Translations under genes and position numbers: made by a program
Shown here: in pieces, positions 18,923 to 27,667 of the stretch
Layout of the letters: each line of letters starts with the position of its first letter
How positions within the stretch are numbered: position 1 is the stretch's first letter
Source: Chthoniobacteraceae bacterium
GTDB taxonomy: Bacteria > Verrucomicrobiota > Verrucomicrobiia > Chthoniobacterales > Chthoniobacteraceae
Length of the DNA stretch: 36,067 nt
Assembly: GCA_031409655.1 (NCBI GenBank)
Contig: JANNXQ010000004.1
Location: forward strand, 1-36,067
Reading direction: 5' to 3'
Notes under the pieces: generated by a model
Seen by the model: the letters and a program-made list of their open reading frames with translations, nothing else
Databases searched by the model: none
What the model was told of the DNA's origin: nothing

Positions 18923-19092
18923 CTGGCAGCCTGTGGAAAAAACTCGTCGGGCCTCGGTGGATGGTGTCGCTCCGCGCGCCGTGAATCGCTCCGCGCGCAG
19001 CGCCACTCTGAGAGTCGGGCCTTCGGCGAGCGTTTGGCATGGCGCGCGGAGCAACGCCATCCACCGGCGCACGTGCTTCAACAGGCTGCCAG
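18923..19092. mobile_element. 170-bp palindromic MITE-like element, copy 2 (intact terminal inverted repeats)
   Basis: Ends CTGGCAGCCTGTGGAA and TTCAACAGGCTGCCAG (15/16 inverted match). Inner inverted repeat CGGTGGATGGTGTCGCTCCGCGCGCCGTG / CATGGCGCGCGGAGCAACGCCATCCACCG. No coding capacity. Confidence 0.82.
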
Positions 19093-19128
19093 TCCTCCCA
19101 AGCCCAGCCGGGGACAGAGAGCCGGGAC

Positions 19129-19276
19129 TTTTGGCGTTTGGAGTTTGGAGTTTTGCGTTTAACCGCGGGCAGCGGGCTGGGGATGGGTCACGCGTCGTCT
19201 GCAAGTGAGTGCGCCTTCGGTGGGGGTAAACTCCAAACGCCAAACTTCAAACTCCAAACGCTAACCTCCAAACGCC
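19129..19276. repeat. Heptamer-armed inverted-repeat element, copy 3
   Basis: TTTTGGC GTTTGGA GTTTGGA GTTTTGC GTTTAAC, a ~62-bp core, then GGTAAAC TCCAAAC GCCAAAC TTCAAAC TCCAAAC GCTAACC TCCAAAC. Flanks extend the dyad (GAGCCGGGA 19119-19127 / TCCCGGCTC 19290-19298). Confidence 0.9.
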
Positions 19277-19384
19277 GATCGCTGTCGGATCCCGGCTCGA
19301 TTCTGTCTGCTGTCCTTGGTTTTTTCCCCTGCTAGAGAGGAAAGGATGAACGCCTGCCTCCCGAAGTAGTCCACTGTGCCTCTG

Positions 19385-20275
19385 ATGCGTCCCGCTCGCT
19401 GCCATGCTTCTGCCCTGCTCCTCGTGCTCTGGGCGCTGATCCTCCTCTCGGGGGCGGTCTTTGCTTATGCAAAATGGATCCAGGCGGACATCCAACTGCA
19501 TGGGCAGGTGAATCGGGAGATCGAGGCGGGGGCGATGGGCCGCTCGGGGATGGCGCTGGCGCTGCATGAGCTGGTGAATAAGGAGACGGAGGGGCTGGAC
19601 GAGGATTTTGCCGCGGATCTAGGGTTCCGCATCCGGATGATCAGTGAGGGGGGGAAGTTAAACATCAGCCTGCTGATCCAGGGGGAGCAGACGGAGCGGC
19701 TGGAGATCCTGAAGAAGTGGCTGGAGGGCCGGGGGCTGGACTATAAGGAGCGGGAGTCTTTTGTGGATTGCCTGCTGGACTATGTGGACGCAGATGATCT
19801 CAAGCACCTGAACGGGGTGGAGGATGACACGGACTACCAACCGCCAAATCGGGCGCTCCAAAGCATCGACGAGATCGAGCAGGTGGCGAATTCGGGGCCG
19901 CTGGCGCGGAGTCCGGGGTGGAAGGATGATCTGACGATGTTTAGCACGGGGCTGGATCTGAATGCGGCAAATGAGGACGTGCTGCGGCTGCTCGGGATCA
20001 GTGAGCCGTATATCGTGCGTTTTCTTCAGGCGCGGCGGGGGCGGGATGGGGTGGATGGGACGCCGGACGATCAACTGCTGGCGGACATGAAGCTCGTGGG
20101 CGCTTACCTGGGGCTGAATGACGTGCGGCTGAAGTCGCTCCAAGGTTTCATCACGCTGAAAGATCCGACGATGCGGATCATCTCGGAGGGGCGCTCGGGG
20201 AATGTCACTCGACAAGTGGAGGTGGTCGCCCGAAAAGATGGCGGACCTCCCCAGATCCTCCTTTGGAAAGAATGA
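19385..20275 (+). CDS. gspK: Type II secretion protein GspK-like
   Basis: SALLLVLW N-terminal helix without E5; ISEGGKLNI; DCLLDYVDADD; PPNR.L.SIDE; LDLNAA.EDVL; GRDGVDGTPDD. Confidence 0.82.
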   Translation: MRPARCHASALLLVLWALILLSGAVFAYAKWIQADIQLHGQVNREIEAGAMGRSGMALALHELVNKETEGLDEDFAADLGFRIRMISEGGKLNISLLIQGEQTERLEILKKWLEGRGLDYKERESFVDCLLDYVDADDLKHLNGVEDDTDYQPPNRALQSIDEIEQVANSGPLARSPGWKDDLTMFSTGLDLNAANEDVLRLLGISEPYIVRFLQARRGRDGVDGTPDDQLLADMKLVGAYLGLNDVRLKSLQGFITLKDPTMRIISEGRSGNVTRQVEVVARKDGGPPQILLWKE

Positions 20276-21477
20276 AAAAAACCAGCGCGACTGCCGCGCT
20301 TATCACCCCTGATCTCGATGGCTGGCGGGTGGCCGGGAAGAAGTATGCGACGCTGGCGGAGGCGGTGGCTGCCGTTCCGGCGCCGGGGCGGCTGCATCTG
20401 GCGCTGCCCTGTCAGGATGTGCTGCTGGAGCGGATCAAGCTGCCGTCCACGGATCGTGCGGAGATCTCGGGGATGCTGCAGCTCCAACTGGAGAAAACGC
20501 TGCCGTATCCGGTGGAGGAGGTTTCCACGGACTTTCAGATCCTGGGGGAGGCGGAGAATGAATCGACGCTGCTCTCGGTGGCGGCGCACAGTGGGCAGCT
20601 CGACGATCTCTGCGAGCCGATGCGGGCGGTGGCGCGGTTGCCGGAGAAGATCACGCTTTTTGCGATGCACGTGGCGGCGGCGTGTCCGGCGGAGGAGGTG
20701 GTGCTGGCGATCTACCCGGAGCAGGGGAAGCTGGTGGCGGCGATCGTCGAGAATCGCAAGCTGGGGTGGGCGCAGACTTTCCCAGGGACGAATGTGGAGA
20801 CGCTCCTGGAGGAACTGCCGCGGCTGCTCCTGCCGGCGGAGCTGGATGGGGTGCCGACGAATTTCTCGACGATCCGCCTGGCCAGCGATCTCGAACCGCT
20901 GGCGGCGTCGCTGGAGGAATTCTTCGGCCTGCCGGTGGAACTCGTCTCGCTGGACGGGCCGATGCCGGAGCCGCCGGGAAATCTACTGCCGCCGGCCTGG
21001 GTGGCCGATGCGCAACGCAGCGAGCGCTCCGACCGTCTCCGGCAGCAACTGCTGACGGGTGCGGTGATCTGGCTGCTGCTCGTGGCCGGGGCCTTTATCT
21101 ATCTGGCGTGGCTGAAGAGCCAGGAGCGGAAGATCGCCGTGGAGCTCGCGGCGGCGCGGCCGGAGCTGGAGTACATCACCTCGCGCGAGGCCCGCTGGAA
21201 TGCGCTGGCACCGGCCGTGAGTCCGGTGCGCTACACCGTGGAACTGCTCTACCAGCTCCACAAAAACCTCCCGAATCCGGAGGTGAAAATCACCGAGCTC
21301 GATCAGCAGCTCCTCCAGTGGAAGGTGACGGGCGAGGCGCCTTCCGCGGCGCTGGCGGTTGAATTTGTGGAGAAGCTGAAGAACGAAAAGGAACTGGGCG
21401 CGTGGCAGGTCAGCGCGGCGCCGCCGACGATCCTGCCAAATGAGCACGCGCAGTTTAGCATCTTCGGCAAGCAATGA
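20272..21477 (+). CDS. GspL-like (PilM/PilN-like) inner-membrane platform protein
   Basis: LPS....EI..ML.LQLEK.LPY..EE cytoplasmic domain, NLLP motif, one TM helix, periplasmic ferredoxin-like tail (VTGEAPS); ATGA overlap with gspK. Confidence 0.72.
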   Translation: MKKTSATAALITPDLDGWRVAGKKYATLAEAVAAVPAPGRLHLALPCQDVLLERIKLPSTDRAEISGMLQLQLEKTLPYPVEEVSTDFQILGEAENESTLLSVAAHSGQLDDLCEPMRAVARLPEKITLFAMHVAAACPAEEVVLAIYPEQGKLVAAIVENRKLGWAQTFPGTNVETLLEELPRLLLPAELDGVPTNFSTIRLASDLEPLAASLEEFFGLPVELVSLDGPMPEPPGNLLPPAWVADAQRSERSDRLRQQLLTGAVIWLLLVAGAFIYLAWLKSQERKIAVELAAARPELEYITSREARWNALAPAVSPVRYTVELLYQLHKNLPNPEVKITELDQQLLQWKVTGEAPSAALAVEFVEKLKNEKELGAWQVSAAPPTILPNEHAQFSIFGKQ

Positions 21478-22004
21478 AGGCGCAACTGACCCAACGCGAA
21501 AAGGTCCTCTCGATCGCCGTCGGTTCGGCGGCTTTCCTCTTCGTGAACTTTTTCGTGGTCGATTTTTTCCTGAAGAAAAAGGCCGCACTGGACCTCGGGA
21601 TCGTCCGGCAGAAATCGCAGCTCGCGGCGACGCGCATGCGCTTCGCGGAAAAGGCGACCTGGCAGGAGCGCGAAGCCTGGCTAGTGGCGAAGCAGCCGAA
21701 GATCACCAATGAGGACTCCGCCGGGGTGCAACTGCTGGACCAGGTAAATAAGCTGGCCTCTGCGCAAGGCGTGGTCCTGGAAAATCCGGTGATCCGCCCG
21801 GCGGCGCGCCGTCCGGATACCGTGGCCATCTCCGTGGAGGTGGCCCTGAAGAGCCCGTGGAAATCGCTGGTCCCTTTCATGAGCGCGCTGCAGCAGCCAG
21901 ATCAGTTCATGGTCCTGGAAAAGGCGAACCTCAAGATCGACTCCAAGGATCAGACGCAGATGGAGGCGCGTTTCACGGTCGCAAAATGGTATGCGCCGAA
22001 GTGA
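21474..22004 (+). CDS. GspM/PilO-like protein
   Basis: LTQREKVL followed by a TM helix, coiled region and L..FM.ALQ.P; ATGA overlap; position after the GspL-like gene. Confidence 0.68.
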   Translation: MKAQLTQREKVLSIAVGSAAFLFVNFFVVDFFLKKKAALDLGIVRQKSQLAATRMRFAEKATWQEREAWLVAKQPKITNEDSAGVQLLDQVNKLASAQGVVLENPVIRPAARRPDTVAISVEVALKSPWKSLVPFMSALQQPDQFMVLEKANLKIDSKDQTQMEARFTVAKWYAPK

Positions 22005-22052
22005 CCGGAGCTGTTGATTGACACGTCTTCCCGCCAGCCGTCCATTTCCCTC

Positions 22053-22763
22053 ATGAAACTCGCCCCGTCACTCCTACTCGCCGTCGCGGCTGTGGTCTCC
22101 ACGGCGGAGTCTGCGATCCCCGAGCCTTTCCCCTCCACGCGCTACGAGGCGATGCTGGCGCAGTCGCCTTTTGCCCTCGCCACGCCAGTGGCGGCGCCGC
22201 CGGCACCGGCGGAGCGCGGGTTTGCGTCGGATTGGTACGTCACGGGCCTCGGCTACTTTGAGGAAAAGGATTACGTGTCGATCAAGTCGCGGGATCTTTC
22301 GACGAGCTTTTCGCTCTACGGCACGGAGCCGGTGAATGGGGTCTCGCTGGTCGGTGTCGAGTGGTCCAATGAGCGGGGCAAAAGCGCGGTGACGGTGAAG
22401 AAGGGCGAGGACACCGCGCGCATCGAATTTAACCAGGCCGAGTTGCAAACCACCGCGCCGACGCCGCTGCCAGGTGCGCAACCGGGCCTCCGCCCGGGTC
22501 AACCGCAGGGGGGAAATCGGCCGGTGGTGACGCCGATCCAAAATCAGCTCCCGGTGACCAGCCAGCCTGGGATCCCCGGTCGCGTCGGGATCCCGCGGCC
22601 AACCAGCGGTCCCGTGATTAGCCAGGCGCCACCTTTACCCGGCGCTCCGGCGGCGGGGCAAAACTCCGTGACTGGCGAGCAACTCACGGGCGGCGACAGT
22701 CGGCGGCGGATCCGGGTGATCAATCCACCGCGCTACGTCTCCGGGGACCAGAGGAGGGGATAG
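22053..22763 (+). CDS. Exported proline-rich protein, possibly GspC-like
   Basis: Signal-like N-terminus; RY.AML..SPF motif; small beta domain; P/Q/G-rich tail ending RRRIRVI. The GspC assignment rests on position only. Confidence 0.6.
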   Translation: MKLAPSLLLAVAAVVSTAESAIPEPFPSTRYEAMLAQSPFALATPVAAPPAPAERGFASDWYVTGLGYFEEKDYVSIKSRDLSTSFSLYGTEPVNGVSLVGVEWSNERGKSAVTVKKGEDTARIEFNQAELQTTAPTPLPGAQPGLRPGQPQGGNRPVVTPIQNQLPVTSQPGIPGRVGIPRPTSGPVISQAPPLPGAPAAGQNSVTGEQLTGGDSRRRIRVINPPRYVSGDQRRG

Positions 22764-24256
22764 ATTTGGGAGGAGTCGAGGCGGCTGCGGATGAACTCCG
22801 TCTGCGCCGCCGCGCCATTGGCCGCCTTCGGCTCATCGCCGATCGCCGAGCGCAGGATGGTGACGAAATTTTCCGCGTAAGCGCTCCCGCCCAGCCAGCG
22901 ATCGGCCCGCGGGGGCCACGCGGTGACTTGCAGGCGCCCCTTTTCGGCGAGCGGCTGCCAGGCGCGGAGGGCGGGGTTCAGGGGCGCGCACAGCTCCCAG
23001 GATTTCGCGAGGGGCTGGCGGAGGACTTCGAGCTGGGCCGGGAGGGTGAGGCGGCTGAAGGGCACGGGGCGGGGAGCGTCTGGGGAGGCGAGCAAAATGG
23101 GGGTGCCGACTCGCCAGCGCACGGTGCGCGGGAGCAGGCGACGCCACGCCTGCCAGCGGGTGCGCTGGCGCTCGGTCTCTGCGGTCCAGTCGAAGAGCGC
23201 GGGGTCGATGAGCACCTCGTCGTAGCTGTGCGGGAAGCGGAAACCGAAGGTATCGAGGTCGGGCGTGACGAGCGGCAGGCGGCGGGCGAGGAGTGGCTTG
23301 GCGGCGGCGGCGGCTTCGAGCGCGGGCAGGCCGAAGCCTTCCTGGATGGAGGTGAAGACGACGGCTTCGCACTCGGCGAAGAGCGCCGCCACGGCCGCGC
23401 CGCTGCGAGCCGAGCCAATCTCCACCGGCCAGCCATGCTCGCGCGCGGCGGTCTGGAGCGCGCCGGCGTAAGGCATCTCGTCCGGTTCATCCGCGCCACC
23501 GGTGACGACGAGTCGGGCGGCTGGACGCAGCCAGCGCGTGAGGAGCAGGGCTTCGGCGATATTTTTCCGCCGGAGGATGCGGCACGGCATGAGCCACACG
23601 GGAGCGCCCGGCGGTGCGGTGCGGGGCGCGCCACCGTCCGCGCTGCGAGCGGCGTGCTGGACGGGATTTGGGAGCCAGTGAGCGCGCCGGGAAAAGTGGC
23701 GGCGGAGGATCGCGGCGTCGGCGGAATTGATGGCCACGTGGGCGATGCCGGGGCCGGCTGGCAGGATCGCGGCGGCGACGGCGCGCAGGGAGCGGAAGCC
23801 GCAGCGGCGGGCGTCTGCCCAGCGCGGCCACCGGTTGTCGCACCACCAGTCGTGATGCTGGGAAAGGAGCGGCAACTCGCGCTCGGCGCAGATTTCGGCG
23901 AGTTGCCGGGCGAGGAAAAGATTTCGTCCGAGGGCGAGATTGTGCGCCCAGACCAATCCCTCGCCGACCAAGCCCAAGCGCAATGCCTGCGCGACGCGCG
24001 CCTCGAGCGCGGCGGGTTCTTCGGTGTCGTCCTTGGCCCACGAGTCGAGGTAGCCGAGTGACGCTTCGACGAAGATCTCCACCGCCTGCGGCGCGACACT
24101 TTCGCGAAAAGTGCGCAGCCAATCGGCGTCCGGTTCCTCGCCGATGACGAACTTGGTGGCGACGCCGAGCCGCTTCACGAGATGCGGGGCCGCCAGCTCG
24201 ATGACACGACGCACGCCTCCGGGACGCAGATGATAGTGGACGATGAAGAGATTCAA
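22733..24256 (-). CDS. GT4-family (GT-B) glycosyltransferase
   Basis: HYHLRPGGVRRVI, WAHN..LG.N, HHDWW, PCRILRRKNI.EA, TSIQEGFGLPALEA. Confidence 0.85.
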   Translation of the reverse strand: MNLFIVHYHLRPGGVRRVIELAAPHLVKRLGVATKFVIGEEPDADWLRTFRESVAPQAVEIFVEASLGYLDSWAKDDTEEPAALEARVAQALRLGLVGEGLVWAHNLALGRNLFLARQLAEICAERELPLLSQHHDWWCDNRWPRWADARRCGFRSLRAVAAAILPAGPGIAHVAINSADAAILRRHFSRRAHWLPNPVQHAARSADGGAPRTAPPGAPVWLMPCRILRRKNIAEALLLTRWLRPAARLVVTGGADEPDEMPYAGALQTAAREHGWPVEIGSARSGAAVAALFAECEAVVFTSIQEGFGLPALEAAAAAKPLLARRLPLVTPDLDTFGFRFPHSYDEVLIDPALFDWTAETERQRTRWQAWRRLLPRTVRWRVGTPILLASPDAPRPVPFSRLTLPAQLEVLRQPLAKSWELCAPLNPALRAWQPLAEKGRLQVTAWPPRADRWLGGSAYAENFVTILRSAIGDEPKAANGAAAQTEFIRSRLDSSQIYPLLWSPET

Positions 24257-24322
24257 GAGCGCGGCGTTTTACCGCCCCGCATCCTTGCACGCGAGCCGGA
24301 CGCTGCGCAGCATCGTCCGCTC

Positions 24323-25534
24323 ATGGCGGATTTCTTTCAGACCGGCGCCATCGCCACGTTGCATCGACTCGGCCCGGCCCGCGTGCCGGAGCTGGAAGCG
24401 GGCTTGGTGGAGTTTGCCCTCGAGCGGCCCATGGCTCTGGTGCTGCCGTGTCACGTGCGCGATCTCGCCGGACGAGGGCTTGCGAAGATCGTCCGCGAGC
24501 TGACCGGAGTCCCCTATCTCAGCCAGATCGTCGTCGGCATCGACGGCGCGACGAAACGCAGCGACTGGCTCAAGGCGCGCGCCTTTTTCCGCACCCTGCC
24601 GCAGCCGACCACGCTGCTCTGGAACGACGGGCCACGCTTGCGCCGCCTGCTCAAAAAACTCGCGGCGCACGAACTGGCCGCCGGCCCCTCTGGCAAGGGG
24701 CGCAACGTGTGGCTGTGTCTCGGCGCGGTGCTCGCCGGTGAAGAGGCGCGCGTAGTCGCGGTTCATGATTGCGACATCCTCACCTACCACCGCGAGTTGC
24801 TGGCGCGGCTCTGCCATCCCGTCGCGCACCCGAGTCTGGGGTTCGATTTTTGCAAAGGTTACTACGCCCGCGTGACGGATCGGCTCAATGGCCGCGTGAC
24901 GCGGCTGCTCGTCACGCCGCTGCTCCGGGCGCTGCGCAGTCTCGTCGGCGAGCATCCGCTGCTCGCGCATCTGGAGAGCTTCCGCTATCCGCTCGCGGGC
25001 GAGATTTGCCTCGAGGTCGATCTCGCGCGGCGGCTGCGCCTCCCGGCGGATTGGGCGCTCGAAGTCGGCGTGCTCGCGGAGGTCTTCCGCAATGCCGCGC
25101 CGCGGGCCATCTGCCAATCCGAGCTCTGCGACAACTACGATCACAAGCACCAGGAACTCTCGCCGCGCGACGCCAGCCACGGCCTGCACCGCATGGCCAT
25201 CGACATCGCACGGTCGCTCTTCCATCGCCTCGCCGCGGAAGGCGTGCGCCTCGACCCCGGCCTGCTTGAGACGCTCCAGAGCGCCTATCTCCGCCAGGCG
25301 GAGGACACCCTCCGCAGCTCAGCGGCCGACGCTGCGATCAATGGGCTGAAGTATCCGCGGCACGATGAAGAAAGCGCCGTGGCGACCTTTGCCCGCAGCC
25401 TGCGCACCGCGGGTCGGGCTTTTCAAAAGGCCCCGCTGGGGTGTCCGCTGATCCCGAGTTGGAATCGGGTGGAATCCGCGCTGCCAAATTTTCTCGGGGA
25501 ATTGCGTGAGGCAGTGCGCCTCGATAACGCCTGA
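24323..25534 (+). CDS. gpgS: Glucosyl-3-phosphoglycerate synthase-like GT-A glycosyltransferase
   Basis: MADFFQTG.I.TLH, GKGRNVW, HDCDI (DxD), FCKGYYAR, GRVTRL, FRYPLAGE, DWALEVGVL, YDHKHQ. Start placed at ATG 24323. Confidence 0.78.
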   Translation: MADFFQTGAIATLHRLGPARVPELEAGLVEFALERPMALVLPCHVRDLAGRGLAKIVRELTGVPYLSQIVVGIDGATKRSDWLKARAFFRTLPQPTTLLWNDGPRLRRLLKKLAAHELAAGPSGKGRNVWLCLGAVLAGEEARVVAVHDCDILTYHRELLARLCHPVAHPSLGFDFCKGYYARVTDRLNGRVTRLLVTPLLRALRSLVGEHPLLAHLESFRYPLAGEICLEVDLARRLRLPADWALEVGVLAEVFRNAAPRAICQSELCDNYDHKHQELSPRDASHGLHRMAIDIARSLFHRLAAEGVRLDPGLLETLQSAYLRQAEDTLRSSAADAAINGLKYPRHDEESAVATFARSLRTAGRAFQKAPLGCPLIPSWNRVESALPNFLGELREAVRLDNA

Positions 25535-25541
25535 GTCACCG

Positions 25542-26567
25542 CTACTTTTTCGCCCGAGCCACCAGCACCTGCCCGCGCTCGCGCTGCCAGTGGTAGCCAA
25601 AGGAAAATCCCAGCGCCCCCGGCTTCGCCGACTTGTACGCTTCTTCTAGATCCGCCTGATCATATTTCCCGAAGGTATCGCCGTGGCGGAAATAGGCACC
25701 GTAGAGATGCACGTCCCACTTCTTTGCGTCGAAGAAACGATAGGGGATGCCGGTGTCGTCCTGGAGGATCGCGCTGCTGTTTTGCAGGAGGAAATTGCGC
25801 GCTTTCGAGAAGCCCTCGCCGTGCATGAGATAGGACGCTGATTTCACCAGACTCACTGGCGAACCAAGCTGGCTACAGGCTTTCAGGAAAGCGCCATGAT
25901 CGCCGCCATTCGAGAGATCCGTCTTGTAATAGGTGAGCGTCTGCTTTTTCCACCCGCCTTTGCTGAAGACGATCCGCACGCCATTCGCGAACAGCTTCAC
26001 TTCATGAATCGCGCAGCCGGTGCGCGCGAGGAAGACGTAGAGCAGGGGCAGGGTGCCGCGCAGTTTCAGGCGCTCGAGATCGGTGCGCATGTCTTTGGTG
26101 ATGAAGTAGTGCGTCCGCAGGATCGTGTGCAGCGAGCCGCGCAGGCTGTCCATTTCGAGGCCCACGGCGCCTTCTGGAATCGTGGTCACATCCGGCATGT
26201 CACCCACCGGCTCGATGCCGCAGAGGGCGTAGCTCGAGGCATTCGGGAAGAGGGTATTCGCGTAGAGAAAGTCCGGGCCACTGAAGAAATACTGCACCGG
26301 GGTAGTCGCCTTGTAGAGGTCGGGGATCTTCGTCAGCGCCCAGCCGCGGATGGCGCCGAGCTGGCGCCGATCCATCTTTGCCCAGGAAGCGTCGAGCGAT
26401 TTGGCGTGCTTTTGCCACCAGGCCGACGCGGTCAGCGGGGCGAGCTTTGCGTCCTTCACCGGCAGGCCGGCGAGGAAGCGGGCTTGCTCATCGGGCGATT
26501 GAGCGAGGGTCGTGGCGGCGGTGATGATGATGAGCAGTGCGCTCAGCAGGAGTCCTCGGGTGTTCAT
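25542..26567 (-). CDS. Secreted protein of unknown function, paralogue B
   Basis: Signal peptide ending TLA|Q; motifs shared with the upstream gene; ATGA-type overlap at 26564-26567. Confidence 0.85.
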   Translation of the reverse strand: MNTRGLLLSALLIIITAATTLAQSPDEQARFLAGLPVKDAKLAPLTASAWWQKHAKSLDASWAKMDRRQLGAIRGWALTKIPDLYKATTPVQYFFSGPDFLYANTLFPNASSYALCGIEPVGDMPDVTTIPEGAVGLEMDSLRGSLHTILRTHYFITKDMRTDLERLKLRGTLPLLYVFLARTGCAIHEVKLFANGVRIVFSKGGWKKQTLTYYKTDLSNGGDHGAFLKACSQLGSPVSLVKSASYLMHGEGFSKARNFLLQNSSAILQDDTGIPYRFFDAKKWDVHLYGAYFRHGDTFGKYDQADLEEAYKSAKPGALGFSFGYHWQRERGQVLVARAKK

Positions 26568-27667
26568 TCCTTCTTAACGGTAGTTCGCGGAGTAGCCAGG
26601 ATCAGAGTCGATTCCGAAGGATGCCAGCGGTAGCCGAAGCCAAAATCAAGCCTTGCCGCATTCGCCCGACTGTAGAGCTCGGTGAGCGGCGGTTGCTCGT
26701 GCTCGGCGAAAAGCTCGATCGGCCCTGGGTAACTGCCGAAAAGTCGCGTCGTCCAGCCTGCAGAAGGGAAGTGTTTGATCGGGATGCCGGAGTCGTCCTC
26801 GACGAGCGCGCGGGTGTGGGTGAGGAGGAAGTCGCGCGCCGTGGAGAAGCCCTCGCCGTGCATGAGATAAGAGGCCGCCTTCAGCAGGCTCACGCCGGTC
26901 CCGAGTCCGTCGCAAAATTTCACGAAGCCGGGGTTGGCCTTGATCCCGCCATTCGAGAGATCCGTGGTGAAATAGTAGAGCGTCTGCTCCTGCCCGCTCG
27001 GGCCGAAGAAGACGATGCGCGCGCCGTTCGTCGCCGACTTGCCGGTCGTGAGCGCGCCGTCTTTGTCGAGGCCAACAAACTCGGTGCGCTCGATCCGGCA
27101 ACCGGCGCGCGCAAGGAAGACATAGATCACCGGCAGGGTGCCGCTGAGCTGCGTATTCGTGAGATCGACCCGCATGTCCTTGGTGATGAAGAAGGAGAAA
27201 CGCAGGACGGAATTGAGGGACTTGCGGAGATTTGCGAGCGAGGCGGCCAGCGTGGCCGGCGGGAGTTGCGCGAGATTGGGCACCGGGCCCACGGGCTCCA
27301 ATCCGGCGAGCACGTAGGTGGAGGCTTTCGGAAAAAAGGTGTGCGCGTAGAGCGCATCCGGTCCGCTGAAGAAATAGAAGAGCGGTGCCTGCCCGCCATG
27401 CGCTGCGGGCATGAAGGTGGTGGCCCAGGCGCGGATCTTCGCGAGCTGCCGCGTCTCGAGATCGCGCCATGCGGTGTCAAACTCCGTGGCGTGCGTGACC
27501 CACGCTTCATCGCGGCTCAGATGCTCCAGCGCCGTCCCGCGCACCGGCACGCCGGCGAGGAAAAGCGCGGTTTCATTTGGCGTCGGCGATTGCGCGCGGG
27601 CGACGGAGACGGTGCAGACCGCGATCACCACGCGGATAGAAAGGTGGGCAAAAAATTTACGCGTCAT
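26564..27667 (-). CDS. Secreted protein of unknown function, paralogue A
   Basis: Signal peptide ending ARA|Q; YFFSGPD, EPVG, FITKDMR, GTLP, ASYLMHGEGFS, DDSGIP; overlaps the permease stop at 27664-27667. Confidence 0.85.
   Translation of the reverse strand: MTRKFFAHLSIRVVIAVCTVSVARAQSPTPNETALFLAGVPVRGTALEHLSRDEAWVTHATEFDTAWRDLETRQLAKIRAWATTFMPAAHGGQAPLFYFFSGPDALYAHTFFPKASTYVLAGLEPVGPVPNLAQLPPATLAASLANLRKSLNSVLRFSFFITKDMRVDLTNTQLSGTLPVIYVFLARAGCRIERTEFVGLDKDGALTTGKSATNGARIVFFGPSGQEQTLYYFTTDLSNGGIKANPGFVKFCDGLGTGVSLLKAASYLMHGEGFSTARDFLLTHTRALVEDDSGIPIKHFPSAGWTTRLFGSYPGPIELFAEHEQPPLTELYSRANAARLDFGFGYRWHPSESTLILATPRTTVKKE

Noticed and set aside
18932..18940. TGTGGAAAA, a DnaA-box consensus match at the skew switch, suggesting oriC
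   Set aside because: It is a single box inside the MITE end, with no box cluster, AT-rich unwinding region or dnaA/dnaN nearby.
13080..19276. Heptamer arrays or cores interpreted as a CRISPR array
   Set aside because: Units are 7 bp, tandem and inverted, the copies are kilobases apart, and no cas genes are present.
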